Of a stretch of DNA of 64,000 bases, positions 12,351 to 25,415 are shown in pieces. A program made the position numbers and the translations under genes. Under the pieces are notes generated by a model, which saw only the letters and a list, made by a program, of their open reading frames with translations, did no database searches and was not told where the DNA came from. Each line of letters opens with the position of its first letter. The stretch's first letter is position 1. Source of the stretch: Octopus sinensis (lineage: Eukaryota). The DNA is taken from assembly GCF_006345805.1 (NCBI RefSeq), contig NC_043017.1, positions 2,976,001 to 3,040,000 on the forward strand. The letters run 5' to 3'.

Positions 12351-13327
12351 TGGTCTAGTTGTATGTTTCTCTGTACATGTAGTACATCTATCTCTATACA
12401 ATATATATATATACACACCCAACAAATGTATTATATATATATTCAATAATATACATAATATATATATTCATTGATGAGTTAATAATAATAATAATAATAA
12501 TAACAATAATAATAATAATAATAACAATTTTTAATAATAATGTGAGAATTAATATTACTTGTATATGACCCAAAATATTTCTTTTGAGTTAAGCAATTTT
12601 AGCGGAGAACTCAATAAGTGTAAAAAAAAACCAGATTCACATTCATGGTAATAATAATTAAATGAAATTAAAAGGAACGGACTTTGGAAGTAGTGACATT
12701 GTTACATACGACTATGTTTGTTTATATATATATGTCTATGAGCGTGTGTGTGTGTGTTTTGTGTGAGTGTATTTGTGTTTGTGTTTGTGTTTGTGTGTGC
12801 GCGTGTAGCTGTGTACGTTGGAATCTGTATCAAAATATATATATTACAATACCTCGAAATTACAGTGACCATTCACTTTATTTTATTACACACACACACA
12901 CACACATGCATACGCACACACACGTTTATATATACATAAATCCGTATATTTATACACATATAAAATATACCCATATATACATACATACATAATTTGTTTA
13001 TATGTAATATATTATATAACTACATCTAATCGACATTAAATGATAACAAGTGTTGTATGTTCCTGCGTATGTAGGTAGTTATATATATATATAGGTGTAT
13101 ATATAAATATGTATATATATATATATGCATGTATATATAATATATATATATAGATGCATATATATATGTATATGTATGTATATGTCTATCTTGATATATA
13201 GAGAGTGAGAGCGAGAGAGAGTGATGGAGAGAGAGAGTGAAAGAAAAGGTAATGAAGAAAGATGTGAGGCAAGGTGTCATATATGTGTGAATATCCGTGT
13301 ATGAGTGTATGTATGTGTGTGAGTGAG

Positions 13328-13360
<33 letters not shown>

Positions 13361-14013
13361 CTGTGTATCAATATATAATGTAGTGTAAGATGTAGAGAGA
13401 CAGATGTAGAGACACGCGTTCTACACATAATACGGATGTTGGTTTATTACAATCTATTTACAGGATTAATTCTACAGCGAAAATCCAATAAAGAATCTGG
13501 TTGGGAAGACATGAAAAACTTTGTTTCCGAAAACATGCTTGCATAGCAAATATTAAAAATAAATGACCTCAAACACACTCGCTTTCGCGGTCATTTATAC
13601 GCGCACATGCCTCTCTCTCTCTCTTTCTCTCTCAGTCCTTCTCTTTCTCTTTCTTTCTTTATTTCAGGCCCTCTCCATGCTTCTCTCTCTCTCAGCAATA
13701 TATATATTATATATATATATATTATATATATATATATATATATGTATTATGTATGTGTATACAGGGTGTTTGGTGTGTATGCTTAAGTGTCTGTGTACAT
13801 ATCTGTTCGCAATCTATCGCTGGTTGCAAAATCGTTTTAATATCTGTGAAGTAATACATTAGGATTTTGTTATTAATTCGCAACAACTGTACAGAATCAC
13901 GCACTCACGCACGCGCGCGGGCATACAGACACATACACGCGCATAAATATATATATATATACATACCTTCCTATTATATATATAATATATATATATACAT
14001 ATATTAATATAAC

Positions 14014-14059
<46 letters not shown>

Positions 14060-14559
14060 ATATGCATACATATATGTGCATATTTTCTACTCACATAATT
14101 CATATATATGTATATACATATATGAATAGATATTGCAAATGTATTTATACATAAGCGTGAGTGTGCACATACATAGATGTAAAATAAACAGATATATATG
14201 AAACGTATCTCTCTCTAACTTTATATAAGCATATACTTACACACTGATATATATATATATATATATAATATTTGATATGTTTAATATACTCCTACACGCA
14301 CACATGCACACGCACATACATTTGTATTACGTATACGCCTATTCATATTAGGTATTTATTCATATGTGTATATTTGTACGTACATGTATATAGATGCATA
14401 GGAAATTTTTCTCAAGACCAATTAATGAAATATGGCTGCCCTCCTGCTTAAAGTTGTTGAATGGTGATAATTCCCGCGTTGAGAATGCCGTGTGACATGA
14501 TCAAACAAAGAACTATCAGCAATCTGATCAATTATATATTTGACGATTGACTTTGAAAT

Positions 14560-14639
14560 ATTCGTCTGATTATTATTATTATTATTATTATTATTATGTT
14601 TTTTTCCTGCTTTCTTCAAATTTTCTTCCGTTTCTCGCC

Positions 14640-14692
<53 letters not shown>

Positions 14693-14762
14693 TTTTTTTT
14701 TTTTATCATTATTATTATTATTATCATCATTATATTATTTTTATTATTATTATTATTATTGG

Positions 14763-14816
<54 letters not shown>

Positions 14817-14840
14817 TTATTATCATCATCATTATTATTA

Positions 14841-14904
<64 letters not shown>

Positions 14905-14925
14905 TATTATTATTATTATTATTTC
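14560..14925. repeat. (ATT)n microsatellite, about 365 bp
   Basis: Directly visible. Confidence 0.95.
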
Positions 14926-15456
14926 TAGTTGGAGAAATTTTCTAATCTTCTATCGCTGTTACTTAAAGTATTTATATTAAGAAACAGCCGTTTGTGTCAA
15001 ACGACGATTTTTCTTTCTGATGTTTCGGCGTAGCTTGTATGTTTGTGTTTGTGTGTTTTCTGTGTTTGACGGGTTCGTGTGTTTGTGCATTTGTGCCTAC
15101 GTTTTCATGTCAGTCCGTTTTTGTCGCTGCGTTTCTATGTTCACCTGTGCATATCCGCAAGATCAGCGGACAAAGTGGAAATTAATTCAAGTGTATTACA
15201 AAATTTTTACGTATCTATATTTGTGCACGGTATTTGCTGTATTCGTACCAATAGCTGCCCTACTGTTTCATATGCTAGTTAGGCATGAATGTATAATAGT
15301 TATGGATATACGTGTAACTAAGAGCATAAATATTACACAACATATAATAACACCATTATACTCATACATACACACGCATATGCATTCATACATAAACATA
15401 TACCTATGTAGAAAAACATTATGTTCATATACACTCACACATTTATATAAAATATA

Positions 15457-15536
<80 letters not shown>

Positions 15537-15589
15537 TTATTATATATATGTATATAAACCTATATATGCTTATAATTCAGCCTTTATAT

Positions 15590-16013
15590 TTTAATTGTTT
15601 CAGTTTATTAGACTGCGGCCAAGCAGGAGCACTGACTTGAAGAGGGTTTTTGTCGACCGAATCGTCTCTAGTATCTTTTTAGAGCCTGTTACTTCTAGGA
15701 TTCTACCGTTCCGTTCTGCAAAATCATTAGGTTACGGGGGACGTAAACATATCAACACCGGTCGTGGGAGTCAAACACAAACACAAACACACATACACAC
15801 ACAGTCTCTCTCTATTTCCATACCTTTCTCTCTATGTCACAGACACACACATATACGAGGGGCTTCTACCATTTCCCACCTACCAAATCCACTCATAAAC
15901 CTTTGGCCGGCCCGCGGCTATAATAGAACACACTTCAACAAAGCACCAGCAGTGAGATTGAACCCGGAACTGTGTGGTTGTAAAGCTAACTTCTTACAAC
16001 AGAGCTACGCCTG
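15590..16013 (-). mobile_element. SINE family C, diverged full length
   Basis: Same head, body (GTTACGGGGGACGTAAAC) and 3' stem-loop as 4812-5178 and 44334-44727. Confidence 0.75.
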
Positions 16014-16538
16014 TGAACATACACATAAAGCTAACCATAATGTTCCTGACAGACACTCTCATTGCAATATTTATGAAGATATTTATCGTAACCTACGAAT
16101 ATAGTAGCATATATTTAAGATTTGCATGACCTCACACATTATAATCCATCGGTTATTTTTGTATATCAACACACGGGTAATTCTCTCTAACACACACACA
16201 CACACACAGACATTTATAGACATATACATACATGTCAGTGAACACGTGTGTGTGGGCGTGCGTGTGTGAGTATAATAAACAAGGAGGGGAGAGATAAAAA
16301 GATGAAGAGAGATTTGATTAATATATTTATGAATGCGTTTATATTTATGTAAATATATCCCTAGAAATAGATTTAATGTATACTCAGGTACACGCACGCC
16401 CCCATCACCACCACACACACACATACATGTACACATGTACACACATACATATGCACAAATATATGTGTGTATATAATTATATATATTATATACATATGTC
16501 TGGTGTATATTTATTTATCTCTTATATATATGTACCTG

Positions 16539-16571
<33 letters not shown>

Positions 16572-17135
16572 ATATATATATATATATGTGTGCATGTTTG
16601 ATGTCCGTGACTTTTAATATCAATATGATATAATAATAAAATTTAATATAATTAAACAAGAATATATTAATTTACCCACACCTTCGATATATATATATAT
16701 GTATATATATATGTATATATATATATATATATATATGAATATATATATATATGGTATACATACATACATAACTACACACACATACACACGCATGCGCACA
16801 CATACATACATACATACATACATACACAGATAAATACGCATGCAGAGATAAGTTCCTGTCTACAAATGTTTGCATGTATAAGACGTAAATTTATTTAAAA
16901 TACTCCACTATAGAACTACAGAACTACACCATTCACTTACATATTCATTGATAATTATGTCCGAAAAGTCATCATGTCATCGCAGCGGAGAATTTGGGAT
17001 GCTTCCTTCTCCTAATACAAATTACAATTTCGTCCTCCCTCATCATACTTTTGCTCCGAACGCTTAGCTTTCACATTTAGCTCATTTCTCTCACTGATTA
17101 TGCTTAGTTACTTCAGCTAGTCTTCTCGCTTGAAA

Positions 17136-17690
17136 GGCGGCGAGCTGGCAGAATCGTTAGCACGCCGGGCGAAATGCATAGCCGTATTTCGTCTGCCATT
17201 ACGTTCTGAGTTCAAATTCCGCCGTGGTCGACTTTGCCTTTCATTCTTTCGGGAACGATAAATTAAGTACCAGTTACCCACTGGCGTCGATATAATCGAC
17301 TTAATCCCTTTGTCAGTCCTTGTTTGTCCTCTCTGTGTGTAGCCCCTTGAGGGCAGTAAACAAACAAGAAACGTTAGAGCGCCGGGCGAAATGCTTAGAG
17401 GTATTTCGTCTGCCGTTACGTGCCGAGTTCAAATTCCGCCGTAGTCGACTTTGCCTTTCATCCTTTCAGGATCGATAAATTAAGTACCAGTTACGCACTG
17501 GGGTCGATATAATCGACTTAATCCGTTTGTTTGTCCTTGTTTGTCCCCTCTGTGTTTATCCCCTTGTCGGTAGTAAACAAATAGGTATTTCGACTGTATT
17601 TACGTTCTGATTTCAAATTCCGCCGAGGTCAAATTTGCACTTTATCCTTTCGAGGTCGATGAATTAAGTACCAGTTCAATGGGGGGAGAA
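17136..17690 (+). mobile_element. SINE family A head-to-tail trimer
   Basis: Units 17136-17370, 17371-17584 and 17585-17690. Units 2 and 3 lack the 5' end. Confidence 0.9.
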
Positions 17691-17766
17691 TGATGTAGAG
17701 AGAGTTCAAATTAAAGGCATGATGTGATACAGCGATGTTAATATACGGGTGGTTGCCTGTTGAACG

Positions 17767-17836
17767 ATGCTGAGGACTGTACCAATCTTGATGTTGCTCG
17801 GGATAGGGCAAGTGAACATTTATTATTGCCTTCCTT
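17767..17836 (+). CDS. Candidate first coding exon, signal-peptide-like
   Basis: ATG, MLRTVPILMLLGIGQVNIYYCLP, then a phase-1 GTGAGT donor. No downstream partner exon identified. Confidence 0.2.
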
Positions 17837-17984
17837 GTGAGTTTTACAGCTTCAGTGAACATCGATTCACCCAACACCCAATTTAATTTCTAGCTTATCA
17901 GCTGATAGTTTTGTTCAGCTTTTCTCTGTCTTTCATGAAGGTGAAAACTTAGACTTAGACAAAAATGAGTAACGCTGCGATAGA

Positions 17985-18075
17985 CTGGCGTCCCGACCAG
18001 CTGGGGAGCATATACGCCATTTAAACTGAGAAACCGAACCGGGCCCATGAGCCTAGCTAGGCTTTAAAAGGGAGC
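17985..18075 (+). mobile_element. SINE family B 3' fragment
   Basis: GGCGTCCCGACCAGCTGGGGAGC...ACCGGGCCCATGAGCCTAGCTAGG matches 1595-1670. Confidence 0.75.
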
Positions 18076-18124
18076 ATTTATTTATTTTATTATATTGCTG
18101 ATTATTGTTGATATCACACATTGA

Positions 18125-18265
18125 TTGCAATTTTGGACCCAAGGCTAGCGGTTTTGGTGGAAGGAGTTAAAGCGTTAACATTGACCGAAGTGCTCAAGTG
18201 CTAAACATTTTATCGACCCCAAAAGCATGGAAGTCAAAATAGACCTCGGTAGATTTCAAATATTA
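18125..18265 (-). mobile_element. SINE family A, highly diverged
   Basis: TTTTATCGACCCCAAAAGCATGGAAGTCAAAATAGACCTCGG. Confidence 0.55.
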
Positions 18266-18885
18266 GAATCAAGAAAATAGCCCTTAAAGACAGACCTTAA
18301 CCCATAATAAGTGGAAGCTCACGGGTTGTCACCAATCTTTTCTGCTTTTCAGCCTAAATATCTGTCCGTAAGTACATTTGCAATACTAGCGAATGTTATG
18401 AAGAAATGATAACACACGTCATTTACATGAATAATTTAAAACTACTTACAAGGACCTAAAGCATGGTGGGAAACAGAGAAATAATTAGATATGAATTCAG
18501 CCAAGATATACAACTGTGTTTGGAACTAGATATATGTGCCAATTCTATTCTTAGAAGAGGCAAATTAATTAAAACCGAGAACATTCAATTAAATTCAGAC
18601 ACTGCTATCAGAGACGTAGGATAGGAATACCCATAGAAATAGTTGAGAGGAGATGAAACTGATAAGATGCATCGTATGGAAATGAATGAGAAATGAAGGA
18701 AAGAGGACGGACAGTCTCACGTTCTCTCTTTCTCCTCCCACCCTGTCTCTCTTTATCACACTCCCTATTCACTCGCTGCTTCTCTGTCTCTCTCACTCTA
18801 ATATAGGTGTGTGCGTGCGTGTGTGTGTGTGTGTGTGTGTGTGTATTTGTGTACCTGTTTGTGTGTGTGTATATAAGAGTATATG

Positions 18886-18920
<35 letters not shown>

Positions 18921-18927
18921 TCGCGCA

Positions 18928-19076
18928 CATAGGAGTGGTTGTGTTGTAAGTAGTTTGCTTACGAACCACATGGTTCTGGGTTCAGTCTCACTTCGTGGCA
19001 CCTTGGGTAAGTGAGTGTCTTCTACTATAACCGTGGGCCGACCAAAGCCTTGTGAAAGAAGCTCGTCGTATATATA
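18928..19076 (+). mobile_element. SINE family C 5' half ending in (TA)n
   Basis: GGAGTGGTTGTGTTGTAAGTAG...GGGTTCAGTCTCAC...AAGAAGCTCGTCGTATATATA. Confidence 0.8.
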
Positions 19077-19325
19077 TATCCAACACCATCAGAGACTTGG
19101 GAGTAATTGTGGATAGCAACATAAGCTGGGCCGCTGATATAAACAGGAAAGTTGACAAGGGCCGCAGAAGCTGATCCTGGATTCTCAGAAGTTTCCTGTC
19201 GAGAGATATCCACCCGATTATCATTCTCTTCTCCACTTTTGCCCTACCCCATCTTGAATACTGCTGTCCAGAGTGGCCTCCCCACACGAAACAAAGTATC
19301 ATGAAAACTGAAGCACCTCAAACGT
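19077..19325 (+). mobile_element. CR1-like LINE ORF2 fragment (left arm of inverted repeat)
   Basis: SNTIRDLGVIVDSNISW...*SWILRSF...PHLEYCCPEWPP, matching the RDLGV/LEY..WSP post-RT motifs. Confidence 0.85.
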
Positions 19326-19327
19326 CA

Positions 19328-19410
19328 AACCGCTAGGTTACGGGGACGTAAACACACCAGCATCGGATGTCAATCGATGTTGGGGGAGACAAACACAGAG
19401 ATACGAATAT
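19328..19410 (-). mobile_element. SINE family C body fragment, inverted relative to the head at 18928
   Basis: GTTACGGGGACGTAAACACACCAGCATCGG...GATGTTGGGGGAGACAAACACAG, compare 44410-44470. Confidence 0.75.
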
Positions 19411-19481
19411 ATACACACACGTACATACATATATATATATATATGTGCATAAATATATATATGCATATATATGTATATATA

Positions 19482-19770
19482 TTGTTTCGTGTGGGGAGGC
19501 CACTCTGGACAGCAGTATTCAAGATGGGGTAGGGCAAATGTGGAGAAGAGAATGATAATCGGGTGGATATCTCTCTACAGGAAACTTCTGAGAATCCAGG
19601 ATCAGCTTCTGCGGCCCTTGTCAACTTTCCTGTTTATATCAGCGGCCCAGCTTATGTTGCTATCCACAATTACTTCCAAGTCTCTGATGGTGTTGGATAC
19701 CATGAGAGTTTCACCTGAAAGAAGAGAGTATGGGAGTTTCAGGGTATCCTCTATTCCGAAGTGATACATA
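19482..19770 (-). mobile_element. CR1-like LINE ORF2 fragment (right arm, inverted)
   Basis: 19482-19699 is the reverse complement of 19077-19294 with 3 mismatches noted, plus about 70 bp of extra upstream LINE sequence. Confidence 0.85.
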
Positions 19771-19803
19771 TATATATATATATATATACAAACACACACA
19801 CAC

Positions 19804-19843
<40 letters not shown>

Positions 19844-20136
19844 TAGCATTTCGCTAGATCAACTATAAAATTATATGGTAAATATTTGTAGTGATAGTCT
19901 GGTGTAGTCAAGCCATAAAGCGATTGAGTAGTCACTGCTGACGAGCCTACGACTGATGAGCGAGACTTAGTCTAGTCCAGTGATCTCTACTGGTTCATGT
20001 GGCGGTTATCTCCCCTGTCAGTGTATATATATTGAGCGCTTCTTACAGCTTTCAGATATTTTAACTTTTATGCCTTGCAATATGCTTCTCCAAGCCCAGT
20101 CTCAATTTGTGACGATTACTTTACACACACAACACA

Positions 20137-20219
<83 letters not shown>

Positions 20220-21036
20220 TAGTCTATACGCAGATTGTTCATATAGATGCTGGTGAAAATACGTAGAGAGCGTCACCTTTTCCTAAATATCGGTAGCTGC
20301 TTGGCTCTACCTAATTCCTTCCCTGCGTGGTTATACCCTCTTCTTCGACCATACAATATCTAATACCATATAATTTTTATTTATCTTGACAGAAACGTAT
20401 TCTGTCTTTTGAGGAGACGCAGGAGCTATTCGTAGCTGGTCGGCCGACCACATAGTGGCGCCAATGTGCGCTCATAACTAATTACGCTTCTGTACCAGTC
20501 TAAGTAATTTTTTCCTTTTTACTACTTAATTTTATATTTCTAGCTTTTAATGTCATTATTCAATATATTATTTAAAGAGACAGAAATATATTTTTACTAG
20601 ATTCAACTAAAGATATCAGTAGACATCAATGTGTAATTAATCTCTTTAAAACAAACATCTTCCTTTCTTAGATGAAGTGTTTTGGCATGAATAGAAAATG
20701 AAGGAAACACAACTTATTAGCTTATTCGTTTTCTTCTCATCAAATGCTCTCTTTCACTCTCTCTATTTTTCCCTCTCTCTATCTTTCCCGCTCTCCATCT
20801 CCCTCTCTCTCTCTTTGCATTGCTCCTTGTAATAATATATATATACTTACATATACATATGTATGTATTCATATATATCATATATTATATATATTATATA
20901 TATATATACATGTATATATATGTACATATACACCACCGCCACTACACACACACCATATATATATATATGTATGTATATATATATACACACACACACACAT
21001 ACACACACACATATATATATATATGTATACACACAT

Positions 21037-21081
<45 letters not shown>

Positions 21082-21954
21082 GCACTGTGTACCCAGTATT
21101 CTATTGACCAATGTACTACCAGAGAGCACCAATATTATATTTCCTCATTTTATAGATATTTGCTTTGTCAATTTCGTTTCGTATTTCCAGCCCCCCCTTT
21201 TTTTTCCCTAATGAAAAGTTTTTCAATTGTCTTCTGTGCTGAATCAACTCCCATCCAGATTTACTCCGTACCTCACCGCCATGTCTTCTTTTTTTTTTTG
21301 TCGTCGTTGTTTTCCACTTGTATTCTCAGCTTCAACACATTTCAATGACAGACCAGAACCCCTTACTCCCTTCGTCCAACCCCCGATCGCTTCCATTAAC
21401 ACCGAATAAACGATTCCCGTCATTTCTTGCCTAGAATTCTCAAAGTTCACAAGAAAAAGAAGAAAGTGAATGAGAGTGAATGACAGAGATGAAGAGGCAA
21501 AAAGATGTGCAACTGAATGTTTTGGTTGGTTTTTTTAATCTTATTTTATTCCATTCTTGTTTGTGTTATCCAATCTACATCTCCGTGTATTCCTTTATAT
21601 TTTATTTTCATTTCGTGATACTTTCTTTTTTTCTCAAACCCCTACACCTCAGCAGTTTGAAACAAGATTACAAGACTTCTACGATTTCATTGTTAAATTC
21701 TCTCTCTGTGTTAGTCTAAGTCAGTTATTTTATTATTATTTTTCTTCTTTTGGTCTCCATTTTATTTCCTTCTTCCTTCCAACGTCTAACATTAAATGGT
21801 CTCTTAAAATCACGTTTAAGCATTTCTATTAATGTAGTACATTTTCATTTATTCTTTTGTGCAGAACTGTGAGCCGTAACTAATCGAGTTTAAACATTTG
21901 ATACCTACGCTCGCTAATGTTCACCGCTGACCAATTAGACTGAGTGTTCTATTT

Positions 21955-22300
21955 ACTTATTTTGTTCGTCGAATCATCATCAACATCGTCATCATCATTG
22001 TCATCGTCATCATCATACTCTTCCTCCTCGTCATCATCATCATCATCATCACCATCCTAGTCATCTTCATGCTCACCACCACCACCACCATCATCCTCAT
22101 CATCATCATCGTAATCATCATCCTCATCATCATCATCATCATCATCATCGTAATCATCATCATCATCATTATCATCATCATCATCATTGTAATCATCACC
22201 GTCACCGTTATCATCACCATCATCGTCACGAACGTCATCGTCATCATCATCACCATCACCACAACCAACAACAACATCATTATCATTATGATTATTATGA
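21955..22300. repeat. (ATC)n-rich degenerate trinucleotide repeat
   Basis: Directly visible. Confidence 0.95.
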
Positions 22301-22538
22301 CACTCCATCATCTTCCCCGCCAATTATTTTCATTTTTAACTTCTGTACGCCATGCATATGAACCTTCTATTTCGGTGTATACCGTGTAGGCTTCATTTCC
22401 TTCTTTCTGTCCTTTTTTCTATCATTTCATTATATGTAAACACCCACACCTTATGTCTGTCTTTTTATTGTTCCCCCACCTATCTTTTTTATTGTTCCCC
22501 CACCTATTTGCCCTTGTTGCAAATAAATGATATCATCA

Positions 22539-22609
<71 letters not shown>

Positions 22610-22612
<3 letters not shown>

Positions 22613-22800
22613 TAGTTTTATTTTTATAACGTGCTTTCACTTCACAACCGAGCGCAGCTCTGTGTGCCTTGGGTATGTGCTGTGATCTGTTGTGATGCTC
22701 TGATGGTTATTGTATGGAAAGTGTTCTGCGTAGGATGTGTGCAGTGCCTAGTAGTGTAATTTTCTGTATGTTATATGTGTTTCTAAGTCCTGGTGTTTTT
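22610..22800 (-). mobile_element. R4/Dong-like LINE 3' end with (AAT)n tail
   Basis: KTPGLRNTYNIQKITLLGTAHILRRTLSIQ*, short 3'UTR, then (AAT)n at 22540-22610. Confidence 0.7.
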
Positions 22801-22808
22801 ATGTATTT

Positions 22809-22864
<56 letters not shown>

Positions 22865-22884
22865 GTCATTATTATTATTATTCA

Positions 22885-23003
22885 CATACACCCAACAGAT
22901 TAGAGTGTTGGAAAAGAAAAAAACTTCCTACCATCGGGCTACATCAAGTAACCGTAGATTCCAAAGAACCCCCCCACCTAAGTATCCTAGCTGTCCCTAA
23001 TAA
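22885..23003 (-). mobile_element. Second R4/Dong-like 3' end (different subfamily) with (AAT)n tail
   Basis: LLGTARILR motif, followed on the minus strand by (AAT)n at 22810-22880. Confidence 0.55.
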
Positions 23004-23004
23004 T

Positions 23005-23111
<107 letters not shown>

Positions 23112-23707
23112 TGACGCATAGACTTTATTTCTCCATAGATTTCCTTTTAGAACGTACCCTTAATCACCACCCACGCAAAAGGGAACTGAAGACTGAAGAG
23201 AACATCGATAACTGAATAGAAACGATAGGAAAAACCAAATACGTTACTAAAATGACTTAAGTAAACCATATCGTAGTATAGTCATTAGGATTATTAGGTT
23301 TGTGTTGGTTTGCGTCGCCATTAATCGATTGTTAATATCGAGTGCTGATATACCGAAAAGTCTATCATTTCGTCTTTGCAATCGAATGAATAAAGTTGAA
23401 AAAGGAAGCATTTCGTTCGAATCGTGAAAGAGAGTTACAAAATTGTTTTAGAAAGAACTGCGACAACCTACAAGCACAATTAACGGAGAGTTACTTTTAT
23501 GAAGTTGCCCCATAAACCGTCATCAAACCTAGAATTGTATAGAGAGAAATATTAGAGTAGCAATCGATAGAGCATCGTTATCAGCAACAAAACGAATATC
23601 CGAAATGTTGTAGTCAATTAATAATGGCAGACGTCACGTAGCAAATGGAGATTGCGTTGGCTGAAACGGTGGAGCATCGGACTAAAGCGTTTCGCAGGCA
23701 CACACAT

Positions 23708-23760
<53 letters not shown>

Positions 23761-23913
23761 AGAAGAAATCTGTTGGTCAGTTATAGAAAGGTGTTTGGAA
23801 AAGAATAGAAAGTGCCAGTTGTGAGGATGTAAAGTGTGTGCAGAAAGAAGAACGGTCTTTAGAGTTATGAATCTATGTAAGTAATATATATATATATGTG
23901 TGTGTGTGTATAC

Positions 23914-23958
<45 letters not shown>

Positions 23959-24045
23959 ACATGTACGTCTGTATGTATGCATGTGGATATAATGTATGTA
24001 TGTACACCTATAATATTATATATATGTATTTAAACACACACACAC

Positions 24046-24090
<45 letters not shown>

Positions 24091-24205
24091 TATACGAATA
24101 TGTATGTCTGTATGTGTATATAGATAGATATTCACAGAAGATACACAGATAGATATACATACATACATGCATACATACGTATGTTTCCCTGTTAGTACTT
24201 TTTAC

Positions 24206-24341
24206 CGTAAGTTTAGCGCAGTCCAGGTGGTCCACTGATGGCGTGTCACGAAAAATTACTTTATGCAAAGCCAATCTAAGGACTGCCAAGTCAGCACTGG
24301 CCATGATGTAACTGCTACAGTGGAACAATATCCACCGAAAT
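24206..24341 (-). CDS. Candidate 136-nt exon, product unknown
   Basis: GC-richer island between microsatellites. Acceptor tctttatag, donor ACG|GTAAAA, open frame FRWILFHCSSYIMASADLAVLRLALHKVIFRDTPSVDHLDCAKLT. Confidence 0.2.
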
Positions 24342-24495
24342 CTATAAAGATATCACTCTTTTATGTATTACACCTATTGAGTAAGCTCGAAAGTCTATAT
24401 AGAATTCGTTACTTATAAACACACACACAAACATATATACATGTGTGTGTGTAAATATAGTGTGTGTGTATATATATATAAACACACACTAAATG

Positions 24496-24539
<44 letters not shown>

Positions 24540-24729
24540 CATATATTATACTATATATATATATATGTTAACACACTAATTGATGCATACTCATTAGTAG
24601 TCCCAAAATTTACACACACACATATTTTATATGAACGACGCACACACGCATAAACTGATGCCCACACTCGTGCTTAAATATATATGCACGTTAACGTTTT
24701 AAAATGCGTTCGTGTATATGTATGCTATT

Positions 24730-25055
24730 GGAGTCGCGGCGCTTAGTGGTTAAGGTGGTTGGACTCACGATTGAAAGATTGTGGTTTCGATTCCTGGTGC
24801 AGGCGACGTGTTTTGTTCTCGAGCAAGATGCTTCATTTCACGTTGCTCCGGTCCACTCAGCTGGAAAATGACCAATTCTGTGCGACAGCCTTTGCTTTTC
24901 TCTTGGATAACATCAGTGGTGTGGAGAGGAGAGGCTTTTATGCATGGCCGACTGCTGGCCTTCCACAAACAACCTTGGTAGACTTGTGCCTCGGAGGGTA
25001 ATTTTCTAGTTTCTAGGTGCAATTCCATGGTCATTCATGACCGAAGGGAGTCTTA
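24730..25055 (+). mobile_element. tRNA-derived SINE, family D, full length
   Basis: Head GGCGCTTAGTGGTTAAGG...GGTTTCGATTCC, body CTTCATTTCACGTTGCTCCGGTCCACTCAGCTG shared with 32218-32512. Confidence 0.8.
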
Positions 25056-25289
25056 TATATGCATCATTTAAGTAAACTGGATTAGTCTCTCTACACCTCA
25101 TCAGGGTTTTACTATTTGTGGTCATAAACCGCTCTGGAAGAGAATTTTGCAGTTTACGATGGTTAATACAATTTCTACTGATTTCTGCTATCGAGCAACT
25201 GGTGTTTGATAATGTTGGTATCGATCAGCTTTCTTTTTCTGTGTGCAAAATACAGGGTTACCTTTATTTCTTTCAAAATTTCGTCGTTC

Positions 25290-25415
25290 ATAAAGTCTCA
25301 AGCTGGCAAAATCGTGAGCACGATGAGAAGAATTCTAAGAGGCATTCGGCCGAGGTCGACTTTGCTTTTCATCGTTTTGGGACTCGATAAAATAAGCACC
25401 AGTTGAGTACCGGGT
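25290..25415 (+). mobile_element. SINE family A, diverged and internally deleted
   Basis: AGCTGGCAAAATCGTGAGCACG...GCCGAGGTCGACTTTGCTTTTCATC. Confidence 0.7.

Noticed and set aside
17136-17690. Regularly spaced direct repeats resembling a CRISPR array or tRNA cluster
   Set aside because: Units are 150-230-bp SINE bodies with no unique spacers, in a eukaryotic context.
19925-19985. CTGACGA/CTGATGA...GAGAC..GTC hammerhead-like string
   Set aside because: The core GAAA is GAGA and stem II is only 2 bp, so it is not supportable.
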